DNA of 50,356 nucleotides from Thermomicrobiales bacterium. GTDB lineage: Bacteria; Chloroflexota; Chloroflexia; Thermomicrobiales; UBA6265. The notes below the pieces were generated by a model that saw only the letters and a list, made by a program, of their open reading frames with translations, had not been told where the DNA came from and ran no database searches. The position numbers and the translations under genes were made by a program. The DNA is taken from contig JAXDKI010000512.1 in the NCBI GenBank assembly GCA_034667245.1, positions 1 to 50,356 of the forward strand. The letters run 5' to 3'. This document shows, one piece after another, positions 39,722 to 48,285 of this stretch. Within the stretch, counting starts at the first letter, position 1. Each line of letters begins with the position of its first letter.

Positions 39722-40732
39722 GTGCGGCTGTTCGATCGGTTTCGCTCCGAGCCAGTGTATAACACGAGGGCGGTTGTTCGACGGACGGGAGTGCCAGCGG
39801 ACACGTTTCGGGCGTGGGAGCGGCGCTATGGACTACCTGTTCCGGCCCGAACGGCCGGGAATCAACGACTCTATTCGGAGCGAGACATTGCTGTCATTTG
39901 CTGGCTCCGCGATCAGACGCGGGCGGGAGTAACGATCAGTCAGGCTGTTGCTCTCTTCGGAGTCGAGCACGGGGATACGTCGGGTGACGATGCGGACGGG
40001 TTGTCGACGGCGCATGGCTCCTGGGATGGGAGCGAGCCGGCGACGGAGGCCGACGGACGACTTGGGGAGTTCCGCGACCAGATCATCAAGGCGCTGGTGA
40101 AGTTCGACGCGGCTACCGCGGATCGAGCGGTCGAGGAGGCGCTCGCGCTCGTCGCGGTCGACGATGTCTGCCTGCACGTGCTCGAAGCGGCGTTGGTCGA
40201 GGTTGGCGACCGGTGGCGGCGGGGCGAGGTGGGGACTGGATCGGAGCACTTCGCGAGTTGCTTCGTGATGAGGAAGTTCGCGGCGCTCTTCAATCTCTCG
40301 CAGCCTCAGTATGGGCGGGGACCGATCGTCGCGGCATGTGTGGAGGGGGAGCTGCATGAGATCGGGTTGCTGCTGACGAGTCTGTTTCTCTCGCGTCACG
40401 GATTCCGCGTGGTGTATCTCGGGGCAAATCTGCCGTTGTGCGATCTGCTGACGGTGGTCCGCGAAGTGCGGCCGATGCTGGTGATGCTTTCGGCGGCGAC
40501 TGAGACGGCTGTCGAGAAGTTGAACGTTGCGATCGCGACGCTACGCGGGGCGGTCGTCGAGAGGAAGGGGTTGACGCCAGCGCCGATGATCGGCTTTGGC
40601 GGACGGATCTTCGTGGATCGTCCGGAGTTGAGGGATGAGATCGACGCGCTCTTTCTTGGCGTGAATGCACGCGAGACGATCGAGTGCGTGGAACAGGCGC
40701 TGGCGCGTGATCGTGCAGGTGTCGCCGATTGA
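39722..40732 (+). CDS. MerR-family regulator with B12-binding domain (CarH/LitR-type photoreceptor candidate)
   Basis: N-terminal MerR HTH 'YNTRAVVRRTGVPADTFRAWERRYGLP...RLYSERD'. Four-helix-bundle motif W-x9-E-H ('WRRGEVGTGSEH'). Rossmann B12 motif 'GELHEIG' followed by 'GFGG'. GTG start. Confidence 0.8.
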   Translation: MRLFDRFRSEPVYNTRAVVRRTGVPADTFRAWERRYGLPVPARTAGNQRLYSERDIAVICWLRDQTRAGVTISQAVALFGVEHGDTSGDDADGLSTAHGSWDGSEPATEADGRLGEFRDQIIKALVKFDAATADRAVEEALALVAVDDVCLHVLEAALVEVGDRWRRGEVGTGSEHFASCFVMRKFAALFNLSQPQYGRGPIVAACVEGELHEIGLLLTSLFLSRHGFRVVYLGANLPLCDLLTVVREVRPMLVMLSAATETAVEKLNVAIATLRGAVVERKGLTPAPMIGFGGRIFVDRPELRDEIDALFLGVNARETIECVEQALARDRAGVAD

Positions 40733-40827
40733 TCGTTGGTCGATGGCTCGCGTGCTAGACTCCCTGGCTGATTGAGATGGTTGTCGGGCCGGCAGCGGAG
40801 AGCCTGTCCGGTCGTTGGGGAAACTCC

Positions 40828-41133
40828 ATGCGCTTGACGATAGCGGACGTCGAACATGTGGCGGCGCTGGCCCGATTGGGGCTGACCGAGGCAGAGAAAG
40901 AGCGGATGCGCGACCAGCTCTCCTCGATCCTCGGGCACATCGAAGCGCTGGGGGAGATCGACACCGCGGCGATTCCGCCGACGGCACAAGTGGTGCCGCT
41001 GACGAACGTGATGCGCGAGGACCAGGTGCGACCGTCGTTGCCGGTCGAGCAGGTACTGGCGAACGCGCCGCGGCGGAGTGGGAATTTCTTCGAGGTGCAT
41101 ACACCACTCGGTGGGGATGAGGACGAGTCATGA
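40828..41133 (+). CDS. gatC: Asp/Glu-tRNA amidotransferase subunit C
   Basis: 101 aa from ATG 40828, with '[18 protein letters not shown]....L..IL.H...L'. It overlaps gatA with ATGA. Confidence 0.88.
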   Translation: MRLTIADVEHVAALARLGLTEAEKERMRDQLSSILGHIEALGEIDTAAIPPTAQVVPLTNVMREDQVRPSLPVEQVLANAPRRSGNFFEVHTPLGGDEDES

Positions 41134-42587
41134 CGCGGGAGCTTTGGGACCTCACGGCGGCCGAAGCTCGCCGGTTGCTGGACGGGCGAGAGATCTCGGC
41201 GGTCGAGCTGACCGACGCGCATCTGGCGCGGATCGAGCGGTTGGAGCCGCGGTTGTTCTGCCACATCGAGGTGATGTCCGATGTGGCGCGGGCGCAGGCG
41301 ATCGAGGCGGACCGGAGGATCGCGGCCGGCGAGGCGGCGGCACTGACCGGGATTCCCGTGTCGCTGAAGGACGTACTCGTCACTGTCGATGCACCGACGA
41401 CGGCGGCGTCGAAGATCCTGCGGGGGTATAGGTCGCCGTACGATGCGACGGTGGTGCGTCGGTTGCGGGAGCAAGGGGCGGTCTTCGTCGGGAAGTCGAA
41501 CACCGACGAGTTCGCGATGGGCTCTTCGACCGAGAACTCGGCGTACGGGCCGACGCGGAATCCGTGGAAGACAACGGCGGTGCCGGGCGGGAGTTCGGGC
41601 GGACCGGCGGCGGCGGTGGCGGCGGGGGAGGCGATCGTCTCTCTGGGGTCGGATACCGGTGGGTCGATCCGGCAGCCGGCGGGTTTCTGCGGGGTCGTGG
41701 GGCTGAAGCCGACGTACGGGCGGGTGTCGCGGTACGGGTTGATGGCGTTCGCGAGCAGTCTGGATCAGATCGGGCCGTTCACGCGGTCGGTCGAGGACGC
41801 GGCGATTCTGCTGGAGGCGATCGCCGGGCAGGACCCGTTCGACGCAACCTCGGTGCCGGTCGCGGTGCCGAATTACCGAGCGGCGCTGGGGGGCGATCTG
41901 CGGGGGACGCGGATCGGGGTGGCACAGGAGTACAGTGTCTCCGGGATGGAGGCGGGGGTCGAAGCGGCGGTGGCGGCGGCGGTGACCTGCCTCGAAGAAT
42001 TGGGAGCCGAACTGGTGCCGGTCAGCCTGCCGCACACGAAGTACGCGCTGCCGACCTACTACATCACGGCGCCGGCGGAGGCGAGCGCGAATCTGGCCCG
42101 GTACGACGGGGTGAAGTACGGGTTGTCGGTCGAGGCGGGATCACTGCGTGAGATGTACGAGCGAACGCGGGGCGAGGGGTTTGGTCCCGAGGTGAAGCGC
42201 AGGATCATGCTCGGAACGTACGCGCTGAGCAGCGGCTACTATGATGCGTATTATGTGAAGGCGCAGAAGGTCAGGACGCTGTTGAAGCAGGATTTCGATA
42301 AGGCGTTCGAGCAAGTCGATGCGATCGTGGCGCCAACGTCGCCAACGGTGGCGTTCCCGATCGGGGCGCGGACGGAAGATCCGTACCAGATGTACCTGGC
42401 GGACGTCTTCACGATCCCGGCGAACATGGCCGGAATCCCGGGTATCGCGGTGCCGTGTGGGTTCTCGGAGGGGTTGCCGGTGAGTCTGCAGATACTCGGG
42501 AAGGCGTTCGACGAGGAGAAGGTGCTCCGGATCGCGCATGCGTACGAGCAGGCGACTGAATGGTCGCGACGGCGGCCGGAGTTGTAG
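41130..42587 (+). CDS. gatA: Asp/Glu-tRNA amidotransferase subunit A
   Basis: 485 aa with amidase signature '[14 protein letters not shown]...[12 protein letters not shown]'. Confidence 0.95.
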   Translation: MTRELWDLTAAEARRLLDGREISAVELTDAHLARIERLEPRLFCHIEVMSDVARAQAIEADRRIAAGEAAALTGIPVSLKDVLVTVDAPTTAASKILRGYRSPYDATVVRRLREQGAVFVGKSNTDEFAMGSSTENSAYGPTRNPWKTTAVPGGSSGGPAAAVAAGEAIVSLGSDTGGSIRQPAGFCGVVGLKPTYGRVSRYGLMAFASSLDQIGPFTRSVEDAAILLEAIAGQDPFDATSVPVAVPNYRAALGGDLRGTRIGVAQEYSVSGMEAGVEAAVAAAVTCLEELGAELVPVSLPHTKYALPTYYITAPAEASANLARYDGVKYGLSVEAGSLREMYERTRGEGFGPEVKRRIMLGTYALSSGYYDAYYVKAQKVRTLLKQDFDKAFEQVDAIVAPTSPTVAFPIGARTEDPYQMYLADVFTIPANMAGIPGIAVPCGFSEGLPVSLQILGKAFDEEKVLRIAHAYEQATEWSRRRPEL

Positions 42588-42599
42588 GCGCGGTAACGA

Positions 42600-42640
42600 C
42601 CCTCACCCCTGACTCCTCTCCCTCTAAGCGGGAGAGGAGG
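42600..42640. repeat. REP/MITE-like hairpin repeat, copy 3, between the convergent gatA and SelA-like genes
   Basis: Head 'ccctcacccc' plus a perfect 10-bp stem, ctcctctccc (42613..42622) / gggagaggag (42630..42639). Confidence 0.6.
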
Positions 42641-42648
42641 TGTGTCTT

Positions 42649-43758
42649 TCATGCCTTGTCGCTGACGACTCGGAGGATTCCTGACACGACGCGTTGGGCG
42701 TCGCCATCGCTCAGAAAATGCGGATTGAGCGCGACTGCATCTCCTTCGAACGGCAGCACCGCGACGCGAGGGTTCTGATCCCAGAGTCGGGCGATGATCT
42801 CGTCGCGCGTGAGCATAGACTCGGTCTTCGGCCGTAGGATGAGTCGCGGAATCGGCTGGCCGATGTGACTTTCCTCGACGCGCTCAATGGTCATTTCCGG
42901 CAGACCGGCCAGTGCCTGTTGCCACCAACTGACGACGTCGGCGAATCGTTTCGATTCGGCCGCTTCGTCCATCGTTACCGCCGCTTCCACCGCGGCCAGT
43001 AACCCCGCAAGCTCCTCCTTCCCGACCTTCGCCGGTCGTCCTATGCTTTGGTAGGGCCCGCCGTTTGCTCGACACGCCCGGACGAGATCGGCGCGTCCGA
43101 GAACGATGCCGCTGGATTGCGGGCCGCGAAGTCCCTTCCCTCCGCTGAAAATGGCAAGATCGGCGCCCATGTCTCTCGTGAATTTCCAGAGGTTAGCCAC
43201 TGGGGGCACTTGATCCGCCGCATCGACGATCACCGGTACCGAGCGAGCCTTGCCGATACGAATGACCTCATCAAGCGGCAGCGCGTCGTCGGCGAACACA
43301 GTGCCGGCAAACCAGATGATGGCCGCGGTCCGGTCGGTGATCGCCGCGATCAGATCCTCGGCGGTCGGGCCAACTTCGATCAGCGTCGCCCCGGTCTCCC
43401 GGACGGCCGAAAGAAATCCATTCTGCTGGCTCTTCCAGACGACGAACTCGGTGTGCTGAAATCGTTGAAGATCAGGGAGTTCGGTCACGCGATCGATTTG
43501 ATCGCGGACGATACACGCCGCAGCCGAGATCAATAATCCCGCGGCTGCTCCGCAGGAAACGGCAGCTGCTTCGTTATGGGTGAGCTCGGCGATGCGCTCG
43601 CCAACCCGGTCGTGAAACTCGGTCAAATCGATGAACGATCGCGCGGCTTCCTGCATCGCGGCGAGAACCGGTTCCGGCATCAGCGACCCGCCGATGATTG
43701 TCTGCGCCGCCGCGGCGTTAATGACGGACCGCACGCCCAAACGCTGATAAATCCCCAT
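42649..43758 (-). CDS. SelA-like (DgaE-like) PLP-dependent enzyme
   Basis: About 369 aa. The candidate PLP-lysine block 'FSGGKGLRGPQSSGI' resembles the SelA-family 'FSGDKLLGGPQAG'. ATG 43758 was chosen; GTG 43773 is an alternative. Confidence 0.65.
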   Translation of the reverse strand: MGIYQRLGVRSVINAAAAQTIIGGSLMPEPVLAAMQEAARSFIDLTEFHDRVGERIAELTHNEAAAVSCGAAAGLLISAAACIVRDQIDRVTELPDLQRFQHTEFVVWKSQQNGFLSAVRETGATLIEVGPTAEDLIAAITDRTAAIIWFAGTVFADDALPLDEVIRIGKARSVPVIVDAADQVPPVANLWKFTRDMGADLAIFSGGKGLRGPQSSGIVLGRADLVRACRANGGPYQSIGRPAKVGKEELAGLLAAVEAAVTMDEAAESKRFADVVSWWQQALAGLPEMTIERVEESHIGQPIPRLILRPKTESMLTRDEIIARLWDQNPRVAVLPFEGDAVALNPHFLSDGDAQRVVSGILRVVSDKA

Positions 43759-43776
43759 TACCTTGCCTTTCACGCC

Positions 43777-44709
43777 TTACCGGACTGCCCGAGGATCGAG
43801 GGCATCTCGCAGCCCATCGCCGATGAAATTGATCGAAAGCACGGTTACCGCGATCATCAAGCCCGGGGGAAGCCATAGCCAGGTCATCGACCGGAGCACA
43901 GTGACCGACTGAGCGTCGGTCAGCATGTTGCCCCAACTCGGGGTGGGAGGCTGCACACCGAGCCCGAGAAAACTCAACCCCGCTTCGAGAAGAATCGCTT
44001 GCGCCATCCCGAAGCTGGCCGCGACGATCACCGGTGTTAGCGCGTTTGGGACCACGTGCCGAAAGATAATTCGGCGATTTGGCGCGCCGATCGACTGCGC
44101 GGCGATGACGAAGTCTTGCTCTCGCAAGGAGAGAAAGTTGCCCCGCACCAACCGCGCGATCGGCGGCCAGCCCATCGCTCCAATCACGAGCATGACGTTG
44201 TAGATGCTCGGCCCGAGGATGGACACGATCGTGATAATGACGATCAGCGATGGAAACGAGAGCACCATATCGGCGATGCGCATGATGAGCGAATCGACCC
44301 ATCGGCCATAAAACCCCGCCAGACCGCCAAGCACGATGCCGATCGCGGCATAGATGGAGACGGCCACCAGCCCAACCGAGAGCGACACCCGGCCGGCGTA
44401 CAGCAATCGACTCAAAACGTCACGGCCGGAGGAATCGGTGCCAAGGCGGTGCTGCGCGGATGGGCCTTTTCGATACGAACGAAGATCGACGGTATAGGGG
44501 TCATGCCGAGCTATCTGCGGCGCCCCAAGCGAGGCAACGACGAGCAAGAAAAGCAACGAGCTCCCGAGGAGCGCCAGTCGATGGCGACGAAACCGGTGCC
44601 ACACGCCCGATCGCCGCCGATGGGATTCGAGTAGAGGACTCGAAACAGGCGCGCCCGAGGCAGGAATACCTGCGAGTGGAACGTCGGAGTAATCAACAGT
44701 TTCCGTCAC
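43777..44709 (-). CDS. Peptide/nickel ABC transporter permease (DppC/OppC-like)
   Basis: 310 aa and 6 TM segments, with an EAA-like loop '...AAQSIGAPNRRIIFRHVVPN'. GTG start with GGAGG 6 nt upstream. Confidence 0.9.
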   Translation of the reverse strand: MTETVDYSDVPLAGIPASGAPVSSPLLESHRRRSGVWHRFRRHRLALLGSSLLFLLVVASLGAPQIARHDPYTVDLRSYRKGPSAQHRLGTDSSGRDVLSRLLYAGRVSLSVGLVAVSIYAAIGIVLGGLAGFYGRWVDSLIMRIADMVLSFPSLIVIITIVSILGPSIYNVMLVIGAMGWPPIARLVRGNFLSLREQDFVIAAQSIGAPNRRIIFRHVVPNALTPVIVAASFGMAQAILLEAGLSFLGLGVQPPTPSWGNMLTDAQSVTVLRSMTWLWLPPGLMIAVTVLSINFIGDGLRDALDPRAVR

Positions 44710-44727
44710 ATGTCGCCTCCGGCCCGC

Positions 44728-45690
44728 TCATGAGTATTTGATGCGCGGATCCACCACCGCGTAGACCAGATCGGCCAGCAGGTTGCTGGCAACCACGGTC
44801 ACCGCTCCAAGAAGGGTGATCCCCATGATCACGGGGTAATCGCGCCCGAACACCGATGCCACCGCGAGGGTGCCCATCCCGGGCCAGGCAAAAATCTGCT
44901 CGATGATGACCGTGCCGCCAAGAAGCGCCGGCAGATCGAGCGCGATGATCGTGACCAGCGGGTTTAGAACGTTGCGAAGCGCATGGCGAAACATCACCGT
45001 CCGTTCGGAGAGCCCCTTGGCGCGGGCCACCGCGATGTAGTCCTGATGAATGCTCTCGAGCATGCTGGCGCGCGAATAGCGGATGAGCGGAGCGGCCTGA
45101 GCCAACCCGAGAGTTGTTGCCGGGAGAATGATGTGTTCGAGCGAGTCGATAAACGATTTTGATCCGCCGACGGAATTCATCCCCGCCGTGGGCAGCCATC
45201 GAAGCTGGACGGAAAAAATATAGATAAATCCGAGGCCGAGGAAGAACGAGGGAATCGAAACAGCCGCGAACCCCAACAGACTCGCGGCATAGTCGAAAAC
45301 GGAGTACTGCTTGACCGCGGCAAGAAGGCCGAGCGGAATGCCGATCAGATTGGCCATGATCAAGACCGTCGACATCAGCAACAGGGTCGGCCAGATGCGT
45401 TCGGAGATCTTTCGCCAGACCGGCTGGCCATCCTGGTAGGAATACCCCAGGTTGCCGCGCGACAGTTCCTTGAGCCAGATGACGTAGCGCGTTGCCGCAG
45501 GTTTATTCAGTCCAAGCGCTTCCTTGCGTTGCTCAACCCATTCCGGGCCGAGATTCGCCATTTGCTTGGGATCGAGCATCGCCGTCACGGGGTCGCCGGG
45601 GGCGACATTTCCCAGGGCGAACGTGGTGAGGCTGATGCCGAACAGAATCGGGACGGCGATGACCAATCGTCGCAGCAGGTAACGCCCCAT
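44728..45690 (-). CDS. Peptide/nickel ABC transporter permease (DppB/OppB-like)
   Basis: 320 aa with 'MGRYLLRRLV..VP.L.G.S...F' at the N-terminus and EAA loop 'ARAKGLSERTVMFRHALRN'. Confidence 0.9.
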   Translation of the reverse strand: MGRYLLRRLVIAVPILFGISLTTFALGNVAPGDPVTAMLDPKQMANLGPEWVEQRKEALGLNKPAATRYVIWLKELSRGNLGYSYQDGQPVWRKISERIWPTLLLMSTVLIMANLIGIPLGLLAAVKQYSVFDYAASLLGFAAVSIPSFFLGLGFIYIFSVQLRWLPTAGMNSVGGSKSFIDSLEHIILPATTLGLAQAAPLIRYSRASMLESIHQDYIAVARAKGLSERTVMFRHALRNVLNPLVTIIALDLPALLGGTVIIEQIFAWPGMGTLAVASVFGRDYPVIMGITLLGAVTVVASNLLADLVYAVVDPRIKYS

Positions 45691-45742
45691 ACGCGGCTCC
45701 GTGGCGGACTGTCATGACCCGATGGCATGACGAGCATTGGCA

Positions 45743-45778
45743 GAAAACCCGTCCGCAGGAGAATACCCCTGGGACGGG
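45743..45778 (-). terminator. Intercistronic hairpin plus U-run after the substrate-binding-protein gene
   Basis: Minus-strand RNA has CCCGUCC, a 17-nt loop and GGACGGG, followed by UUUUC. This position is typical for partial termination between the SBP and permease genes. Confidence 0.4.
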
Positions 45779-45803
45779 CTCGCGGCTTTCGTATTGGGGG
45801 GCG

Positions 45804-47483
45804 TTATTGGGTGACCCACCACTCCTCTGCGTTCCAAAGGCGGTTGTCGGCGTAACCCGGGCCCTTGAAACCCTGAACGCGATTGTTCACGGCGAACAGG
45901 GAATTCGGCGACCACTGGTACAGGTTCGGAACGTCTTCGTTGAGGATCTTTGCGGCTTCGGTGTAGATGCGCTTTCGCTCCGCCAGGTCGGTCGTCCCAC
46001 GGCCCTGAACGTAGAGATCGTCGAGCGTCGGGTTCGAGTATCGGGAGAAGTTGGTGCCGGCGGGGGCAAGATTGGCGGTCGAGTAAAAGAGCGAGGAGAT
46101 GTTTGGGTCGGCGCGGTACGTGTCACCGCCGTTGAAGAACATCTCGAACTCGACCTCTTCTGAGCTGATGCGCCGGATCAACTCGGTGATCTCGACTTGG
46201 AGCAGTTCGAGATTGATGCCGGCATCCTTGAACTGGTTCTGGATGATCGGCGGAATCGGATCCTGGTCGAGATTCACGACCAGCGCGACCACTTTCTGGT
46301 TGGGGTCCCACCCAGCCTCGCTGAGCAGTTGCTTCGCTTTGTCGACGTCATACTCGTAGGGATTGAGCCCCTCGGGAACCCCCATCCAGGCCGGGCCAAA
46401 GATCGGGGAATTGGTGATCTCGCCTTCTCCCCCCAGGATGGCGTCGATCATCGCCTGTCGATCCATGGCGTGCATCATCGCCTGCCGCACGCGCTTGTCC
46501 TGAAGATGCGGCACTTGGTTGTGGATCACGATGTGCGTCATGCTCGGACTCTGCACGCTGATCACGGAGACATTCGCAAACGACCGCGCCCCTTCGGCCT
46601 CGTCGAGCGGCAGCGGCATGATGTCGAGTTCGCCCCGCTCGATCTCGGCGAGTGCGACGTCTGGCGTGCGAATCGAAAGGAGGATGCGATCGAGGTAGGG
46701 AGCAGGGCCGCCGTACGTTTCGTTGCGCTGCAGCTCGATGTATTGATCCACCTCGTATTTGACGAAGTTGTAGGCGCCGGCACCGACCGAAGGCTCCATA
46801 AAGAGGATGTTCGCCCATGCCTCGGGAGCGACGTCCTTGTGAATATGCTCGGGGAGAATGGCGAACCCGGAGTAGTCGCACAGGGTGATCAGGAACGACG
46901 CATCGGGAGCATCGAGTGTAATCGCGATGGTTCGCTCATCGGGCGTCGCGATCCCGCTGATCGTTTCTGCTTTCTGATCGCCAAACGCTTCGGCGCCGGT
47001 AATGGCGAGGAACCGACCACGCCAGAGGCTACCCGTTCGTTTATCAACTGCCGTTTCGATTGAGAACGCGACGTCTCGCGAGGTCAGCGGCGTTCCGTCG
47101 TTGAAGACCAGTCCCTCTCGCAGAGTGAACGTGTAGGTTTTGGCATCTGGAGTGGCTTCGACCTTTTCCGCTAGATCCAGGACCGGCTCAAGCTTGTCGT
47201 TCATTTTGACAAGCGCGCCGAAGATGAGTCGTTCGATCTGCTGCTCGTTTCCGGAGGTCGAGAAGTTCGGGTTCAGCGTGACCGGCTTGCGAATCAGCAT
47301 GTTGACTTCTCCGCCCCGTTGCGGAGTAGGAGTGGAATCTTGGGCCATCGAACGGCCCGCAACGAGCGGCCCCATGGCCGCAGCCACAACGCCTGCCGTC
47401 GCCCCCTGCAACAACCGGCGACGACTGACTCCGCGAGCTTTCACTGATCCAGGATCGTTGTTCTGACCCAATGGCCCAAGCAT
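45804..47483 (-). CDS. ABC transporter substrate-binding protein, family 5 (peptide/nickel), Tat signal
   Basis: 559 aa with twin-arginine leader 'SRRRLLQGATAGVVAAAMG' and SBP_bac_5-like length and composition. ATG has AGAGGAG upstream. Confidence 0.9.
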   Translation of the reverse strand: MLGPLGQNNDPGSVKARGVSRRRLLQGATAGVVAAAMGPLVAGRSMAQDSTPTPQRGGEVNMLIRKPVTLNPNFSTSGNEQQIERLIFGALVKMNDKLEPVLDLAEKVEATPDAKTYTFTLREGLVFNDGTPLTSRDVAFSIETAVDKRTGSLWRGRFLAITGAEAFGDQKAETISGIATPDERTIAITLDAPDASFLITLCDYSGFAILPEHIHKDVAPEAWANILFMEPSVGAGAYNFVKYEVDQYIELQRNETYGGPAPYLDRILLSIRTPDVALAEIERGELDIMPLPLDEAEGARSFANVSVISVQSPSMTHIVIHNQVPHLQDKRVRQAMMHAMDRQAMIDAILGGEGEITNSPIFGPAWMGVPEGLNPYEYDVDKAKQLLSEAGWDPNQKVVALVVNLDQDPIPPIIQNQFKDAGINLELLQVEITELIRRISSEEVEFEMFFNGGDTYRADPNISSLFYSTANLAPAGTNFSRYSNPTLDDLYVQGRGTTDLAERKRIYTEAAKILNEDVPNLYQWSPNSLFAVNNRVQGFKGPGYADNRLWNAEEWWVTQ

Positions 47484-48276
47484 CGCCGACTCCTCTGGCA
47501 GATGAGGTTTCGATTTGTTCAGTTGACCTGAAGACTACGCTAGCAGGTCTGAAAATGGCAGTCAAGTCCTGGTAATTTTGTAGATGTCCTCCGGGTCAAG
47601 ACGCCTCAGTCGGCGGCGTGGGCGAGCGAGGCGGCCCGCTCGGCGAACTCTTGATAGGAGAGCCCTGCCTCCAGCCGGTGCTTCCGTATGACTCGACCAC
47701 CTTCCCGTGAGAGTCTGTGCACGGGCATGATGTTGAGCCGCCTACCGAGATCGGTCTACACATAAACGGCATCTTGCATTCAATACGGTTCAGTGTGGAA
47801 CTGGCAGGCAAAAGGTCAGGGGGTCGGAAACCATGAGAGCTTCTCGCGTTGTCCCATTCGTATTGCTGGGCTTGCTGCTTGCAGACTGTGGGGATCCTCC
47901 GGAGCATCGCTCAAGTAAGCAACTCCTGTTCCCTACCGAGGACTGCGGCTTCACCAACCGCTCGGGCCTGCCCGGCCGTCATGCCATCGCCAACGCCGGA
48001 CAAGTCGGTGGTGGCGGTCACTACCAAGTACGGCGCAACGGCACATCTTGAGCCGTCCAACAGCTCACGCTCCGACTGCGGCAACTAATCGGTGCGAGAG
48101 CGGCTCCGCTTGCTCGGCCCTCCGGTCGTCAACAGCGAAGGCACCTGGTATCCGGCTTACTGTACCGTTGGCATCTTCGAGGGTGGGCAGCATGCCTACT
48201 TCAATGCTCTGGAAGTTGACCTCGTCTAGGAGGAGCCGACGCCTCCTGGTACGGTGACGTTCGAAGGCAACGGCTA

Positions 48277-48285
48277 TTAGTCTTG
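48277..48285. repeat. Target-site duplication, left copy (TTAGTCTTG)
   Basis: An identical 9-mer abuts the other IS end at 49923..49931. Confidence 0.8.

Noticed and set aside
41130-42587. Absence of gatB after gatCA, considered as an anomaly.
   Set aside because: gatB is frequently unlinked from gatCA in bacteria, so this is not informative on its own.
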